From positions 4,402,001-4,466,000 of the forward strand of contig NC_092674.1 in NCBI RefSeq assembly GCF_964355755.1: DNA of 64,000 nt. Reading direction: 5' to 3'. Below are positions 50,236-64,000 of this stretch, piece after piece; position 1 is the stretch's first letter; the number at the start of each line of letters is the position of its first letter. The notes under the pieces were generated by a model. That model did no database searches, was not told the DNA's origin, and worked only from the letters and a program-made list of their open reading frames with translations. Both the position numbers and the translations under genes were made by a program. This stretch comes from Antedon mediterranea. Taxonomy: Eukaryota > Animalia > Echinodermata.

Positions 50236-53200
50236 AATAAAAATAATAATGTCTAGGGTAACTTTTGTATAGATATTTTGTACTTTTTAATCTTCACGTT
50301 GTTTTTAATGTTGTAATTTTGTATTTTATTGTTGGATGATTATGTTTTGCTTTGGAGACCCACTTGATAGTTTGATTTAGTTCGCTTTTCGGAATCCTGT
50401 CTCTCTCTTTTGTTTGTTATTTTTTTGTTATAACTATGTGAGACGAAATAAATGAAATGAAAAAAAAGAAAAATGTTCTGCTGCAGTAAAAGTATTTATA
50501 CTGTAACATGCTGGTATATATATTTTGTCATTAAAAGTGAAACATATGGAGGAGTCATATGCTGAACTTTAAATTTGATTCTTCTAGTTAAAGTACTAAA
50601 TATTCATTGTAAACAGATGTTGTAACCAACACATATGTGTACAGCCAAATCAAAACCAGGCATTTGTCGTAAATGTGACATTTTGAGTTTTCAAGATATT
50701 TGTACAGAGCACATAATTTGCTTTAAAATACTGAAAAAATTATTCAATTTGGTCAAGTATTTTTAGAGTTATGATACAATAAGTAAAGAAATACAAGTAA
50801 GAATTCATTTTTATTAAGCAGTGAAAAATGCATTCAAAGATAAACAATAGTTCAAACAGGAAGTTTAAATGTGCTGGCAGACAGCGACTCATGTTCACCT
50901 TGACAACGCTAACTTCTAGTATACCTATGACTTTGAAATTTAGCACAAATGTAACTAATACATCTTTCTATAATCATTGAAATTTTCAAAGAAATCCAGT
51001 AACATTAACATTGTCAAATGAGACTTCAAATAACAACATACGTTAGTAAACTTTTTTTTACTAAACTTATGTTATGTGTGAGGCTTGTAATAACTATAAA
51101 TAAGTACTATTAATAAAGTGACAATAAAAATACAACACATAGAAATGAACCAAAATTAATGATACACAGACAGTTGATTGTGTTTGATGTGTTTAAATTT
51201 ATTTACAATTGGTACACTTTAAATTATAAAATTTTGGTCATTTTAGGCTGCGTATTACAACAACAGTATTATCATCTTTTGCGCCGGGTCATTTAAATAC
51301 ATACATATTTTTCGATACAATTATTTCACGGTTTTATTCAGGGTTACGTTGCATAATAGAATACATGTGTCATGTATCATCAGAATCAAAGTCATTTTTG
51401 TAAAGTTATATTAAGCACCGTATCACCATTATTGGAGTTCTTTGAGAAGAGAAAGTAGCAACAGCATCACCACCACTGTCAAAACTATTGGTATTACATT
51501 ACAGTATACCAATCAAGATCTGAAAACAGAATGAAAAATTAAATTAAACTTTTTTAAACACATTTAAAAATCATTTTTTTTTGGGCTAGGCCTAGACCAA
51601 GGTATGCTAGGTGGTTTTACTAGGCTAACTTGAAGTACTAAGCTGGCATACAGTTCATCTCTTATCTTATGCCTAGGCTAGGCCTAATATTTTGATCAAA
51701 AGTGTTTCTGTGTTCACCAAACTGAGTGTGTCGCGCTAGAAAGTCATTTCGTACTTTCTAACCTCTTGTTGTTTATGATTCGCTAGTGAAGCCAATATTT
51801 CTACTTTTCATATTATATAAATCATTAAACTATTCTATGTTGTTTTATTATTATCTAGGATGCATAAATAGCAAGTATGAATTAATGTTGAATGTTTTTT
51901 ACAGTAAGAAAGTTTTGTTAAAACCTTACCGCTTCCTCAGTGTACTTTGAATAACTGTTAAAGGCAAATTTAACGCTTCAATGACTTGAGCCACTCTGTT
52001 AGCCAATCAAATTGCCTGTTTCAGGATTCCGTAGCAACAAGACTGGTTTGCTTATACCAAAAGGTTATTAAAGAATGTGTTTGATTGGCTATACTATTAT
52101 TTTACATGACCTACAACCTTTATCTTTGGAAAGATTTTTTCACGAGCTTTCTAAAAATACCACACATTAAAGGGGGGTTCCGGGTTTAAAATGAATAGTA
52201 AAAAATGTAAAATATATTTGTTTGTCTCTTGAACGGTAAAAGTTTCAATTTATATAAGCGCCCAGTGAAGCAGAACGAAGGCTGTGAAATGAGGCCAGAT
52301 TACAAGTGCAGCTACGGCAAAATCACACTGTGGTTACAGAATAGCAAATTCGTGAAATGGTCAATCTTCCGACGACTCGTTATCATTAACCATATCAATT
52401 ACTTTTGTAAAATTATACTTATCTGATGTAATTTTAGTCGGTCTTCCCATTTATAAAGTCAATTTTCTATGAAAATCCATCAAAACAGTGAAAAATTAGA
52501 TAAGTTTGCACTTTACGTTTGCCGATTTTCGCACTGACTTAGGGAAAGCCTTCAAAATCAATGAAGCGTAACGTATACATTCCTGCTGAGCGAGGAGAGC
52601 GAGACGACGATACACGTGCTCTCTCCTCCCATGCCTGGCATCGTCACGTGATAAGCAGATACAGTATACAATACCAAACTGGTCGGGTCGAGTATACCCC
52701 GTCTATAATCACAACATGAACGATGTACAGTATTTGATTGAAGGTCGACTCAACCTACCGGAATGGTATAGATAATATAGCTCGAATGAGAGAGTTGGAA
52801 TATTTGTAAACATAAGTACAGTATTGCTAATTTTAACAAGTGTAGCCTATAGTAAAAGGCCTGGTAGTATCAATTCGCATAGGGTCTACTACACTAGCTA
52901 GCTCAATTTTAACTGGGCCGGATCGGCTAGGCTAGGCTAGGTCTCCTTCCTACTACCGGTCTACTTGCTTGATGCAGTATCCGCTTTTTTGGAGAGTAGA
53001 CTAGGCCTACTTATTAGACGATCGGGACACCATACGTGCGGACGGCGATCGGACCTTGTTTTGCCTCAATATTTACAGCCGATTTTTGTAGAACGTTTTA
53101 GGTTTAGATTGTTTAGGAGTTTGGTTGATAGGATGGGTTTGGAATCCACTGAGTTTTGTTATTGATGGGCCAATCGTTTAGTAATAGGCTAGCTAGGCCC

Positions 53201-56200
53201 ATGAATGATGGCCCCAATGTTTTAACGTAGCCATCGTGGCATGGAATCCCTAGTCAGAAATGGCTCTCACCCCGGCATGAATAAAATGATTTAGGCTAGG
53301 CCTAGCCTAGTACGTGAAGCCGATATACGATCTGTACTATTAATTCGAGGTATAAAAATAGTATAATTTATGACTCCGTAATCTGTACTAAATTTTGTAT
53401 TTCATTAAATGTCAAATAAATATATGCTACTACTGTTATTATTACACTTTAGGCCTAGCTTAGCAAATCTACAAAAAATGTATTTAACAATGATCGGGTG
53501 GTCGTCGTTTGACAGAGGAGAGAGAACACAACGTACAAGCTTGACGTCGCGAGTTTGGAATCCACTGATGACGTGATTTTGTGAATATCTCATGAATATC
53601 TCATGAATATTAATGAGCTTCCTTAAGCTGCTGAAAAACAGATTTTCCATGAATTTACCCTAAAATGTATATGAAATTTAATTTTTTTAATTTCTCGTTA
53701 TTACTTCTTCATTCTGACATGTCTATATTGTTATAATATTTTTTATTTAATAAATAAACGATATTTAAAATCAATTTTAAACCCAGAATCCCCCTTTAAG
53801 GGGTCTTCTCATAATCAAAGATGTAAAAGTTGGTTAGAAATAGACACAAATTACAGAATAGAACTTGATTTTTTCACCAAAGACGAAAAAGGGGGTCTCA
53901 TTAAAATGTTATTTTCATTGATTTATACTTATAATTTCTTTAAAATACATAGATTTTTGGAATCTACGGTAAATTTTCTGTAAGATTATTTAAAAAACTA
54001 AAAATGGTCAAGATATAGGTTTTACACATTCAGAAGCATTTTACAGAAATCCCTTGCTGCCGACAAACGCCTGGTTTTGGTTTGGCGGTACACATATAAC
54101 TACAGTACATGACAATTGAGTATGTTTAACCAGGGATGAATTATTTGGATTCCTCCATATAGTTCAACCAAGGCAATCTAACAGCATGATGCTGAGCTCC
54201 GGAGATCAAAGGGTTTATCTGTGGCTGCGACACGTTCAGTTCCACGGCCTTTAACAGACACTGCGCCATGGAAAATATGTCCATAGTACAGTACTGTTAG
54301 TATTTGTCGCAGCCAGACATAAGATCAAAGGACTGTTATGAGTTCTTGCCACTTGGCAAGCTCAGTGTCCTGTTGTTAAATTGCCTTGGTTCAACTTTCC
54401 CTAAAACAGTCTCTCCCAAAACTTATTTGCTCTGTATAAAGTGCATTATGTAAAAGCAGTACACTTTATCTATTTATTCACAATATTTCATCATCAATCA
54501 ATCAATCTTTATTTTCCATCATAACAAACATAAAAAAATACAATTTAAGATGGAGGATGTACAATCAGTACATAATTGGTTTTTCCTTGGGGTTGTGAGT
54601 ACAATAACTAATTATTATATCAATTAAGTTCTTTGATAAATTAATTATCAATTAACACATATAAATTCTCATACTTTCCTCATTTATGTAATACATATTT
54701 TTATTCAGTATTTAATTAAATTATAAATCAAAAGGCAAATTACTCGAAAAAATGACAATGATGTGGGTATCATTCTCTACACTGAAATTTCATTTTATAG
54801 AACGAAAATACAAGGAAAACTATATCTGATTTGGCTGATTGTAAAAACACAGATGAACTCCACAAACTGTTTGACAAAAGGATCGCTTTTGGTACCGCTG
54901 GTAAGTAAAAGGAATGTAACAATGGTTGATTGAGGTTTCATAAACAACACATTTGAATCTTAACAACACACCACATCAGTTTATTTACCTTAGGCCTCCA
55001 TAGAGCAAAGTTTTGTTTCTTTGAACTATACCCTCATGACCACTGTGCATTCTTCTTTTTTAAAATTGATGGTTGATTTATTTAGCTATAAAACAGTCTG
55101 CCCTATGACCTGGGATATTTATAACTAATGGAAAGGTGAATGTAAAATAATAAATAAACAATAACAATGTAACGAAATAAGATGTAGGTATATTCTGGAA
55201 ATATATTTTTAGTGTTTCATTTTAATTCCTTATATTGAACATAATCAATCAATTGCATTTACCATAAAATAATTTGTTCAATTTAGGATTACGTGCGGCC
55301 ATGGGTGCTGGATTTGCCCGAATGAATGATTTGACCATTATTCAGACAACACAGGTCAGTATTTAAATAAGTCTGATTTATTTACATAATCCTAATTAAT
55401 TGCGTAAATTGCACATATGTATTGTACACTGGAAAAATGTTTTATGTGATATGGACACAATGATGTAATATCACTACCATATTTGGGCACATCACACTTT
55501 TTTTGTTAAACTAGTTTGATAGTGTAGACAGAACTTTACACTTTGTTTAGTCCCAAATGTGTAACTTCCCTTAATAGTTCTAATGTATTCTAATATGACT
55601 TCCGGTATTCATGTTTTAATTTTTACCCCAGGGACTGGTAAAACATGCAATTGAAGCTGTGCCAGATTGCAAGAGTCGTGGAGTGGTAGTTGGCTTTGAC
55701 TCAAGACATAACAGTTCCAGGTAAAATATTTTTCGTGCCTAACTTACCGGGATAAACCGACTATAGTCTGTGCTTTGCCAAGGGAGGGATACAAAGAGAT
55801 AAAAGTTTATTGAGTACCCCTCTGCAACAATGGACTATTCCACCAACAGGTTTTTTATAGTCGTGGCAGTTATATAATAAGTGAAGTTTGATTTTATCAC
55901 CGTATAGATTTGCCAAATTGACGGTGTCCATCTTGTTGCAAGAGGGAGTAAAAGTTTATTACTTTTCATCTATTGTACCAACACCATATGTGGTAAGCTT
56001 TATATTTGAAATATCAAACAAAATAAGTGTAATCCAGAGTTCATACGTGTCATTGAAAATCTGGAAAATCATTGAATTTCACTAAATATTTTCCAAAACT
56101 GGAAAGTCATGAACAATTTGGTTTTCATTAAAAGGTTATGGAAAGTCACGTATACATGAAAAAAAAAATATGATTTTTATTAGACAACATTTATACAATC

Positions 56201-59200
56201 TTTTCACTATGACAAAAGCTGTTAAAATATTTGTGAGATTTTGGCTTAAAAGATCATGAAAAATCATTAAAATTAACTCTATATAAAAAAAATACTGTTT
56301 TTTAAAGACTAGTAGAAGATATTGTGTACTCACATCCACGTCAAATGGTGATAATGGGAAATTAAGTGTTCCGAGAGCCTTTTTAATTTAAAAGTTAGCC
56401 AGAGCCTTTTTCGATAGGCTATAAATAGAAAGTTACCGAACATTACGAGCGACGCGAGTTCTGACTTCCGTATTTTATAGGCTGTCTAAATTTCCTTTTT
56501 AACTCGTTTATATTAAATTATATTGCTGTTTAATTGATTTCTGTGTATTAGGAACATTTATATTAAACAAAAACCACAACAGTACCAATTTTTGTTGATT
56601 ATGGATTCATTTATTTGAATTCTAAGATAAACGTCTAAGCCAAGTGTAAGCGTAAACAAAGCGAGTCATACGATGAAAACAAGAAAGTGAAAACTAACTA
56701 GTTTGTTAAAATAGTTAACATTAATTTGGAATTTTTAAATGAAATTCTGAAAACGGTATAATATAGTCTTATATGTATTTTTTAAGATTTCCAAAAATAA
56801 GCTTGGTGTTATTTTTCAAACAAATTCTATAAGGAGTTGAATATAGGTCTGTTTTAAGCGAAAGCACGTTGCGCGTAGGCCTAGGGAGATGCGGCAGGGC
56901 TGGAATAATCGTTTTCTTAGGCGAAGAGAATGAGGGAAGATGCGCTTCATCATTGGCACCTCGATTGTTATTCTTGTTAAGTGGCTGATTCATAATCTTA
57001 AAATATGAGGACAAAGGGCTTATAAATTTTGAAATAAAGTGTTGAACTTTCATTTTTCTTAAAATTATTAGTGGGTGGGGGGGACTGTCTGCAAGCTAGG
57101 CCTGGACTGTTTAAATTTGTAAAATACTATAAAATCAATACATTCTTGGGGCTAAATAATTAATGACATTTCACGATTCCCTTCTTTTTATTCTAATAAT
57201 GGAGCAATAAATGAAATACACACCATTTAACATAAAACCTTTAATATTATCACAAATTAGACAAATTAACATCTTTTGTACTAGGCCTAGGCCTTTTTCT
57301 ATTTATATTTATAATGATTATTTATTGCCGATTTGGAAATCACATTTAAACTTTATAACAAGTACCACACAACAACAAACCTCCGCTTGAACCTTTATAT
57401 AAGTAAATTAGGAAAATATCAAGTTTTTAAAAATTAAATGTCCTTTGGCAATAAAAATCCCTAGATATCCATAAAATTACTGTATGTGTTGTTTCACATA
57501 TGCCGGTAAATTAATGAGAAATTGTTGTTGATTAATGCTATTTCTATTGTATTGAAGTATGCAGACACCATAAGAACATTCCTCTGTGATCTGTAAAAAA
57601 AAAAACAACATTAAATTAATAATAATCATTATTTAGTTATATTTGTAATCATTTATTTTTATTTCCTTAGGCCTAGGCCTATAAATACGCGCGCCCGACA
57701 ATGAACACGCGCCAACAATACACGCACTACTCCACTATAATAACAGGCTAAAGCCTAGTAGTAAACTAGGCCTAGACTATATTGATTTTTAAATAAAATA
57801 AAAGAGGCTTTGTAAAGTTTTATGATTAAAAACATCTTTCCTATATATTATATAACGTTCTTATTATTTTAAAAAGCAACATTTTTAATCTTATGGTGTA
57901 AAAAAATGACTTTAGCTACAACCATGTGTTCCATTTTCAGCAGTAAAATAACCAAAAAGGCACATGTTTAAGCAGCCATTAAAAAAAAATAAAAAATAAC
58001 ACCAACGAGATTTTTTTATTAACTACTATTGAAAAATTAAATATCCAGAAAATATAAAACCCACCTTCTCAAAAAATTAGGTTGTTTTATTACAGCCTCA
58101 ACAAATTAGACGAAATTTTAACATTCGAATACCCTAAAATTGTTTAAAAAACATCGGTGTAATTCACCCTTGTTTGACACAGATATAATGGCTTTGTCGA
58201 TAAAAAAACAATATCACGTGGTTCGTAGATGCTGTGTCAAAGGTTTTCATGAATTATTCATTAGTAAATAAAACAAAAAGTTTCAATTGGCCAGTTTGCA
58301 AAAACTTAATATTTATTTTTAAAAACAAAGTTGCTTCCGGGTAATTGTTCACACTGTCTCGGGTGCAAAAATGATTCGCTGCCGATAGAGGGCTCACTAC
58401 TTTTTTTCCCTGGTGAATTGAATGTGTACTGCAACTGCAAAAATCAACCGAATTTGGCCGGTAACAGAAATAATTCCATTTCAATCTATCTCTAATTAAA
58501 GTAAAAATTAGTTATATATATTTTTTCCTAGCCTTATACTGTGAAGAAATACCAGTGTGCAGCTGGTATAATGATAACAGCTTCCCACAATCCTAAAGAA
58601 GACAACGGCTACAAAGTGTACTGGCAAAATGGTGCTCAGGTATGATAACATGATTCTGGTGCCTTTGTTAAACACTGCGTTGGACACAGAATGGATATTA
58701 GGAGGGTTAGCCTAGCCTACTGTAGTCTAGACTAGATATGGTGCTAGAAAGTTCTCTGTACCAGTCTACGTCTTATTATTATTATTTAATTATTTAACCT
58801 TATTTATAGAGGGTGACCCGAAACAGCCTATGCTGATAATCAAGGGGCCCTCATGATAAGTTATGATAACTGTCTTGTGTGTGACAGTGACTGTGTGTAT
58901 ACTAGTATACTGTGAGGTAACCCCTACTCGTCTTTAAAGATGTTCGAGGTTCTTTAAAGTGCACATTATCTACCAAGCCGAATTATAAACTTACTACCTA
59001 CTCACAAAACATCAATAAAACATTAAAATACTGTTTGACAGTTATTCATTTTAATTTGTTAATTGGTGGATGCTATTAAGGCCAAGTTTAATTAGTTAAT
59101 CTCAATGTAATAGCTGTATTGCAAAGATATTGGATATCCTAATTTTCCTCAACCCTATGAAAATCCTAGATTAATGAAAGCAAAATTAGTCACACAATTA

Positions 59201-62200
59201 TAATGAATTTAGCCTCAACTAAAAATCAAGCAGAAATGGCGTCTTTTTTATTTACATATTGATCTAAATATTAATAGAGTTACCAATTTTCATTGAAATG
59301 AAGAATATTAATGGAGAATTATTGCAGTTAAAAATGTTTTGTCTCCCAAAAACATGAAAAATGAAGATTAATTAAATCAGTCTTTGAATAATCACTTCCA
59401 TAGAAAAAAAATACTTGTTTTCATTTATAAAATTTCAGGTAAATACATCTAATTTTTGGACAAAGTGGATAACTATTAATAATGTGACATTAAAATGGTA
59501 TACTTAACAAAAAAAATTGTGAATAATTCATCTTAACTGTTATTAACATTATAAGAGTGTCCCAAAGGAGGGGTTCTATTACAACTTTACAAAACAGATA
59601 GATATATTTCCTTTTATCATAGCTCTGTATTAACTCTATCTTTAATAATTTTTTTTAGATTACATCACCAACTGATAAAAACATAGCAAATCTAATAGAA
59701 TCAAATCTTGAACCATGGAGCAGTTCATGGGATACATCTATCATGTCAACCAGCTCACTACTGGAGTGTCCTTTAGATGACATCAACAACCTGTATATGA
59801 AAGATATCCAGCAGTATTGTATATACAGGTTAGTAGATATATTAGAACACTCTATTATGGTAACACCTTCGGACCTAACACGTGTATGTATACAGGACCA
59901 ACATCTTTAAGTCTCATCCATAAAGTATCTTGCCTAAATTCAAATTCAAATTCATTCACCTCCCTTAGGAGAAACATAGAATAAACTGTACAGTAAAATA
60001 AAACACATCTGAATAAAGATTCACACGAATCATAAAAAGAAAATCAAAATGGTTTTAACAAATTAAATAAAGTGTCAAAATCATTGTGAAAAAGGGCAGA
60101 CTTAACGCTATCACAGATACCATGATTGACGCAATCCACAAATTTATACATTTTTGAAAGATTATGGTGGTATGTACTATTAATGACAATATTACAAATA
60201 GAAAAGTCATTGCTTTGTATGTTATCAATTAGGTGGTTTTTTACATGTTCTAAATTGCTATTAAATAGATGTGAGTAAAATGACCTAGATCTGGAATCAC
60301 TAATAAATATCTTGTAAAAATAAGCACAGACAGCCCATGAACCAATTCCTCTCACATGTTAATCCGATACCCCTTCCAGTATGCCACTATACTTATAAAG
60401 TGGTCCATATCGTCAGAATAATATATTCTTCTCTCAGACTTGACCTCTGTATCTAAGTTTGACAGAAATAGATACAGAGGTCAAGTCTGTATCTATTCCA
60501 TTGTTTGAAAGAAGTAACTGTAAACTGTTTAAACAAACATTAATGTATACATAGTAAATGTTTCACTTGAAAATTCGTAGGAATGTCATACATATGTTTC
60601 AAAAGATGTAAAAACCAAACTTTTACTTTAATATTTTCAGGGATATTAACAAGTCATCACAAGTAAAATTTACATACACGCCAATGCATGGTGTAGGCCT
60701 TCAGTATGCACAGAAGGCGTTCAAAGCCTTTGATCTTTCACCTTTCATAGCTGTCCCACAGCAGGTAATCCATGAATTTGTATTAGGGTTTTGCTGTGTT
60801 AATTGTAGGTTGGTTAGATCTGTATGTAATATTCCATCCCTTGATAAAGACCTACTGTATGGTAGAGCACGTTTTTGATCATATTTTCAAATAAATTGTT
60901 GAAAATTAACTACTGTGCATTGCCTACTTAAAAAAATATATCTATAGTTCCTTCTTTATGTATCACTTTACCTTATCAGAAAAACATATTTTTTTCTAGT
61001 CTGAACCAGATCCGGAATTTCCCACCGTAAAATTCCCAAATCCAGAGGAAGGCAAGAGTGCATTGCACCTGGCCATGCAGACTGCCCGCGACAATGGCTG
61101 TAAAATAATCCTTGCAAATGACCCCGATGCTGACCGGATAGCGATGGCAGAGTGGGAACCAAAAGGGACGGTTAAACAGACAGAGATTTGGAAGGTATTC
61201 ACAGGGAATGAGACTGGTGCTCTACTAGGCTGGTGGGCTTACCATTGTTACAAACAGAAAAACAATCATAGTAAGTACATTTCTTCCCTACAGCTTGGTT
61301 CCCACTAGGACGCAACGCAAGGATGTAAACACAACGTAGGCGAGTTGACCAATGACAAGCGACAGTTCGAATAATCCATCGCTTGTGATTGGTCAACTCA
61401 CTTACGTTGGGCCTCTAGTGGGAACCAAATATTACCCTTTTTTATACAGGGCCAAATCCACCAGTATGGTATGCTTGGGTTGAACATAACCTATTTTTAA
61501 CAGACCTCCACCCCAATATTACTTCCAATCATTTTTCATGTATAAGTTATTGAAGAATAACATATACTATAAGACTGCTAAAATATACATATTTTAGCCT
61601 CAGTCGTACCTATTTATTTGATCAAACGCCCCGCTTGTAATAAATGCCTCCTCCGAATAAATGCCCTGAGACCTTTATTTATTTTTTCGAATAAACGTCC
61701 CGCCACATGCATATACACACAATATTGTATTACAACACATTTCTATTATTACTTTGTAGTAGAATTTATTATTGACATGATCTACAATTTACCAAGAATT
61801 TTGTTGTATTTTTGATATCACATTTTGTTGTCACATAAACTTTGATAGTGTAGACAGATCTATAATGTTAAACAACATCAATCATTTTAAGGTGAATCAG
61901 ACAAGTCTGTTTACATGTTAGCAAGCACCGTGTCATCTAAGATTTTAAGATCAATCGGAAACAAAGAAGGATTTAAATTTGAGGTAAGCCTACAAACAAT
62001 TATTATTGTATTTTATCGATTCGAGTGGCCAAGCGGTTAAGACAGGGGTGCCGCAAACCATACCTATACAATCGGCCCAGGTTCAAGTCACTTCTCAACC
62101 AATGTTCTGGTGGTAGAACAAGTCTTCTCAGATAAGGAATTAAAACTAGAGGTCCGATGTACACATCTGTGCACTCTAAAGAACCCAGTTCATCTTTCAC

Positions 62201-63422
62201 AAGAGTAGAGGGTTAACCCGGTAACTGGTATATTCAGCCCCTGTCGTTGTGGACAGATGAACAGGCGCTGTTTAGTGGCAGCACCAGAAATTTGCCATTC
62301 ACACCTGTGCACAATTAAGCCCAGTTAGGCTGCAAGTCACAAGTTATTCTCCTACATTCTGTATGTGTTTTTATTTGGGTAGATTTTCCTATCAGCTCTT
62401 TTAAATGAATCGTAATGTATATATATTTTGTAGGAGACGTTAACAGGTTTCAAATGGATGGGTAATCGGTCATATCAGTTACAAGAAGAGGGACATACAG
62501 TATTGTTTGCATTTGAAGAGGCTATTGGTATGTATCATTAATTTCAATCTATTAATATTTGATCATTCATTCAATTACTTCCATTTATTGTTATTTGCAT
62601 ATAAAATATACATAGAAATTATGTTTGCTCTGAGATATACAAAAACAGATAAATAAAAAACAAAAACAATTACAAAGTGTCACATCACTCTCGTACAGTA
62701 TACTGACAACAAGCATTCAGTGCCCGAATGGCGGCTGGATAAAATCTGTTACGAAACCTATTCGTACGAGAGATGATGGACCGGTAACGTCTACCTTTAC
62801 GTAACACCTCAAATTCATTATGCATGGGATGAGTAGAATCTTGCAATATAGAATGTGTTTTGTTAATTAATCGATTTTCAAAAACGTATTCCAATGATAT
62901 GTGATGCATACTTAACACGTCAAAAAGCAATTGTAGGCTTTTACATTAAAGAATAGTACCCATGTTTTATGAGTTTTCTTAGATTGAGGCTTAGACCAAC
63001 TTAACTATCTGTATCTGTATATAACAGCTCAAATGTACATTATACTAACAGCCCTTGTCTTTTTAAAATTGTAGGTGTGCTACAAATTGCACTCCTCAAT
63101 ACATTCAGGGGTTCTGTAGGTGTGCTGTTTGTATTTTGGTGTGTAGAAGTTTACCAAATTTAAGCATGTTGTGAATCACACTCCTTAAGGGCTGTTTAGG
63201 AGTGTGTTAGGTGAGTGATCGCACTCGCTCACCTTAAAAGAAAAGGCCTGTCCTAAATTTCTTTTCAAATATTGTTTATTTTATTTTTCTAGGGTTCATG
63301 TTTGGTTCTAACGTGCTAGATAAAGATGGTATCAGTGCGTGTGCAATTCTTGCAGAGATGGCATGCTATCTGGCCACTAAAGGTGTAACAATGAAGGATA
63401 AACTATATGAAATATATAAAGA
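49215..63422 (+). CDS. PGM2: Phosphoglucomutase-2/phosphopentomutase (PGM2/PGM2L1 family); 3' end lies beyond the window
   Basis: Exons: 49215-49280 (…WLQWDK), 54801-54900 (FGTA), 55287-55354 (GLRAAMG), 55632-55720, 55908-55992, 58532-58639 (TASHNP, catalytic Ser), 59659-59828, 60641-60764 (YTPMHGVG), 61000-61270 (PNPEEG, DPDADR metal loop), 61892-61983, 62434-62527 (TGFKW…FEEAI) and 63293-63422 (DKDGISA). Confidence 0.96.
52171..53795. mobile_element. Kolobok-like non-autonomous DNA transposon in PGM2 intron 1
   Basis: TTAA|AGGGGGGTTCCGGGTTTAAAAT…ATTTTAAACCCAGAATCCCCCT|TTAA. Confidence 0.82.
54166..54391. mobile_element. MITE family C (TIR AACCAAGGCAATCTAACA)
   Basis: Inverted termini aaccaaggcaatctaaca…tgttaaattgccttggtt. 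A second copy at about 10997-11400 is interrupted by the family B element. Confidence 0.7.
59937..60355 (-). mobile_element. LINE 3' remnant
   Basis: ORF ending 'LFNLLKPF*', then a short UTR and a (GAATTT)n tail on the minus strand. Confidence 0.55.
62024..62300 (+). mobile_element. tRNA-derived Deu/Nin-type SINE, second copy
   Basis: GAGTGGCCAAGCGGTTAAGAC…GGTTCAAG…GATAAGGAATTAAAACTAGAGGTCC…AAAGAACCC…AAGAGTAGAGGGTTAACCCGG; collinear with the 17293 copy. Confidence 0.8.
62560..62960 (-). mobile_element. Rex1/Babar-like LINE 3' remnant
   Basis: '[45 protein letters not shown]', then AATAAA and a (GAAT)n tail. Confidence 0.8.
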
Positions 63423-63444
63423 GTAAGTTTCTACTGTACAAATT

Positions 63445-64000
63445 GTGTCTCCTAAATAGAGGTTGTGTCTCCTAAATAGAGGTTGTGTCTCCTAAATAGA
63501 GGTTGTGTCTCCTAAATAGAGGTTGTGTCCCCTAAATAGAGGTTGTGTCCCCTTAATAGTTGTGTCTCCTAAATAGAGGTTGCGTCTCCTAAATAGAGGT
63601 TGTGTCTCCTAAATAGAAGTTGTGTCTCCTAAATAGAGGTTGTGTCTCCTAAATAGAGATTGTGTCCCCTTAATAGTTGTGTCTCCTAAATAGAGGTTGT
63701 GTCCCCTAAATAGAGGTTGTGTCTCCTAAATAGAGGTTGTCTCTCCTAAATAGAGGTTGTGTCCCCTAAATAGAGGTTGTATCTCCTAAATAGAGGTTGT
63801 GTCTCCTAAATAGAGGTTGTGTCTCCTAAATAGAGGTTGTGTCTCCTAAATAGAGGTTGTGTCTCCTAAATAGAGGTTGTGTCCCCTTAATAGTTGTGTC
63901 TCCTAAATAGAGGTTGCGTCTCCTAAATAGAGGTTGTGTGTCCTAAATAGAAGTTGTGTCTCCTAAATAGAGGTTGTGTCTCCTAAATAGAGGTTGTGTC
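63445..64000. repeat. 20-bp minisatellite (with 17-bp variants), runs off the window
   Basis: Unit tgtctcctaaatagaggttg. Confidence 0.95.

Noticed and set aside
51420-51960. Nested antisense gene in PGM2 intron 1 (and similarly near 57480-57600)
   Set aside because: Only isolated splice-like signals and no recognisable protein; probably TE interior.

Overview
AT-rich, intron-rich animal genomic DNA, probably an invertebrate deuterostome (echinoderm-like; the taxon is an inference). It holds seven conserved genes, spliced by hand from GT-AG boundaries: TBC1D1/TBC1D4 (-, 5' part only), a UCHL1/UCHL3-type deubiquitinase (+), PGAP2 (-), NFXL1 (-), UBE3A/E6AP (+), GATB/PET112 (-) and PGM2 (+, runs off the window). 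Six of them form three head-to-head pairs. Introns are crowded with non-autonomous DNA transposons (Harbinger-, Kolobok-, Mutator-, hAT-, pogo- and Ginger-like), Deu/Nin-type SINEs, LINE 3' remnants and minisatellites. The top finding is in the UCH gene. It has two tandem homologous phase-0 exons (9711-9845 and 9934-10062), each encoding the catalytic His and Asp and the end of the active-site crossover loop, with different loop lengths. An 88-nt intron with no internal AG and a UGCAUG (RBFOX) element separates them. This looks like a mutually exclusive switch producing a UCHL3-like or a more UCHL1-like enzyme from one gene. All calls come from reading the sequence; no database searches were run.
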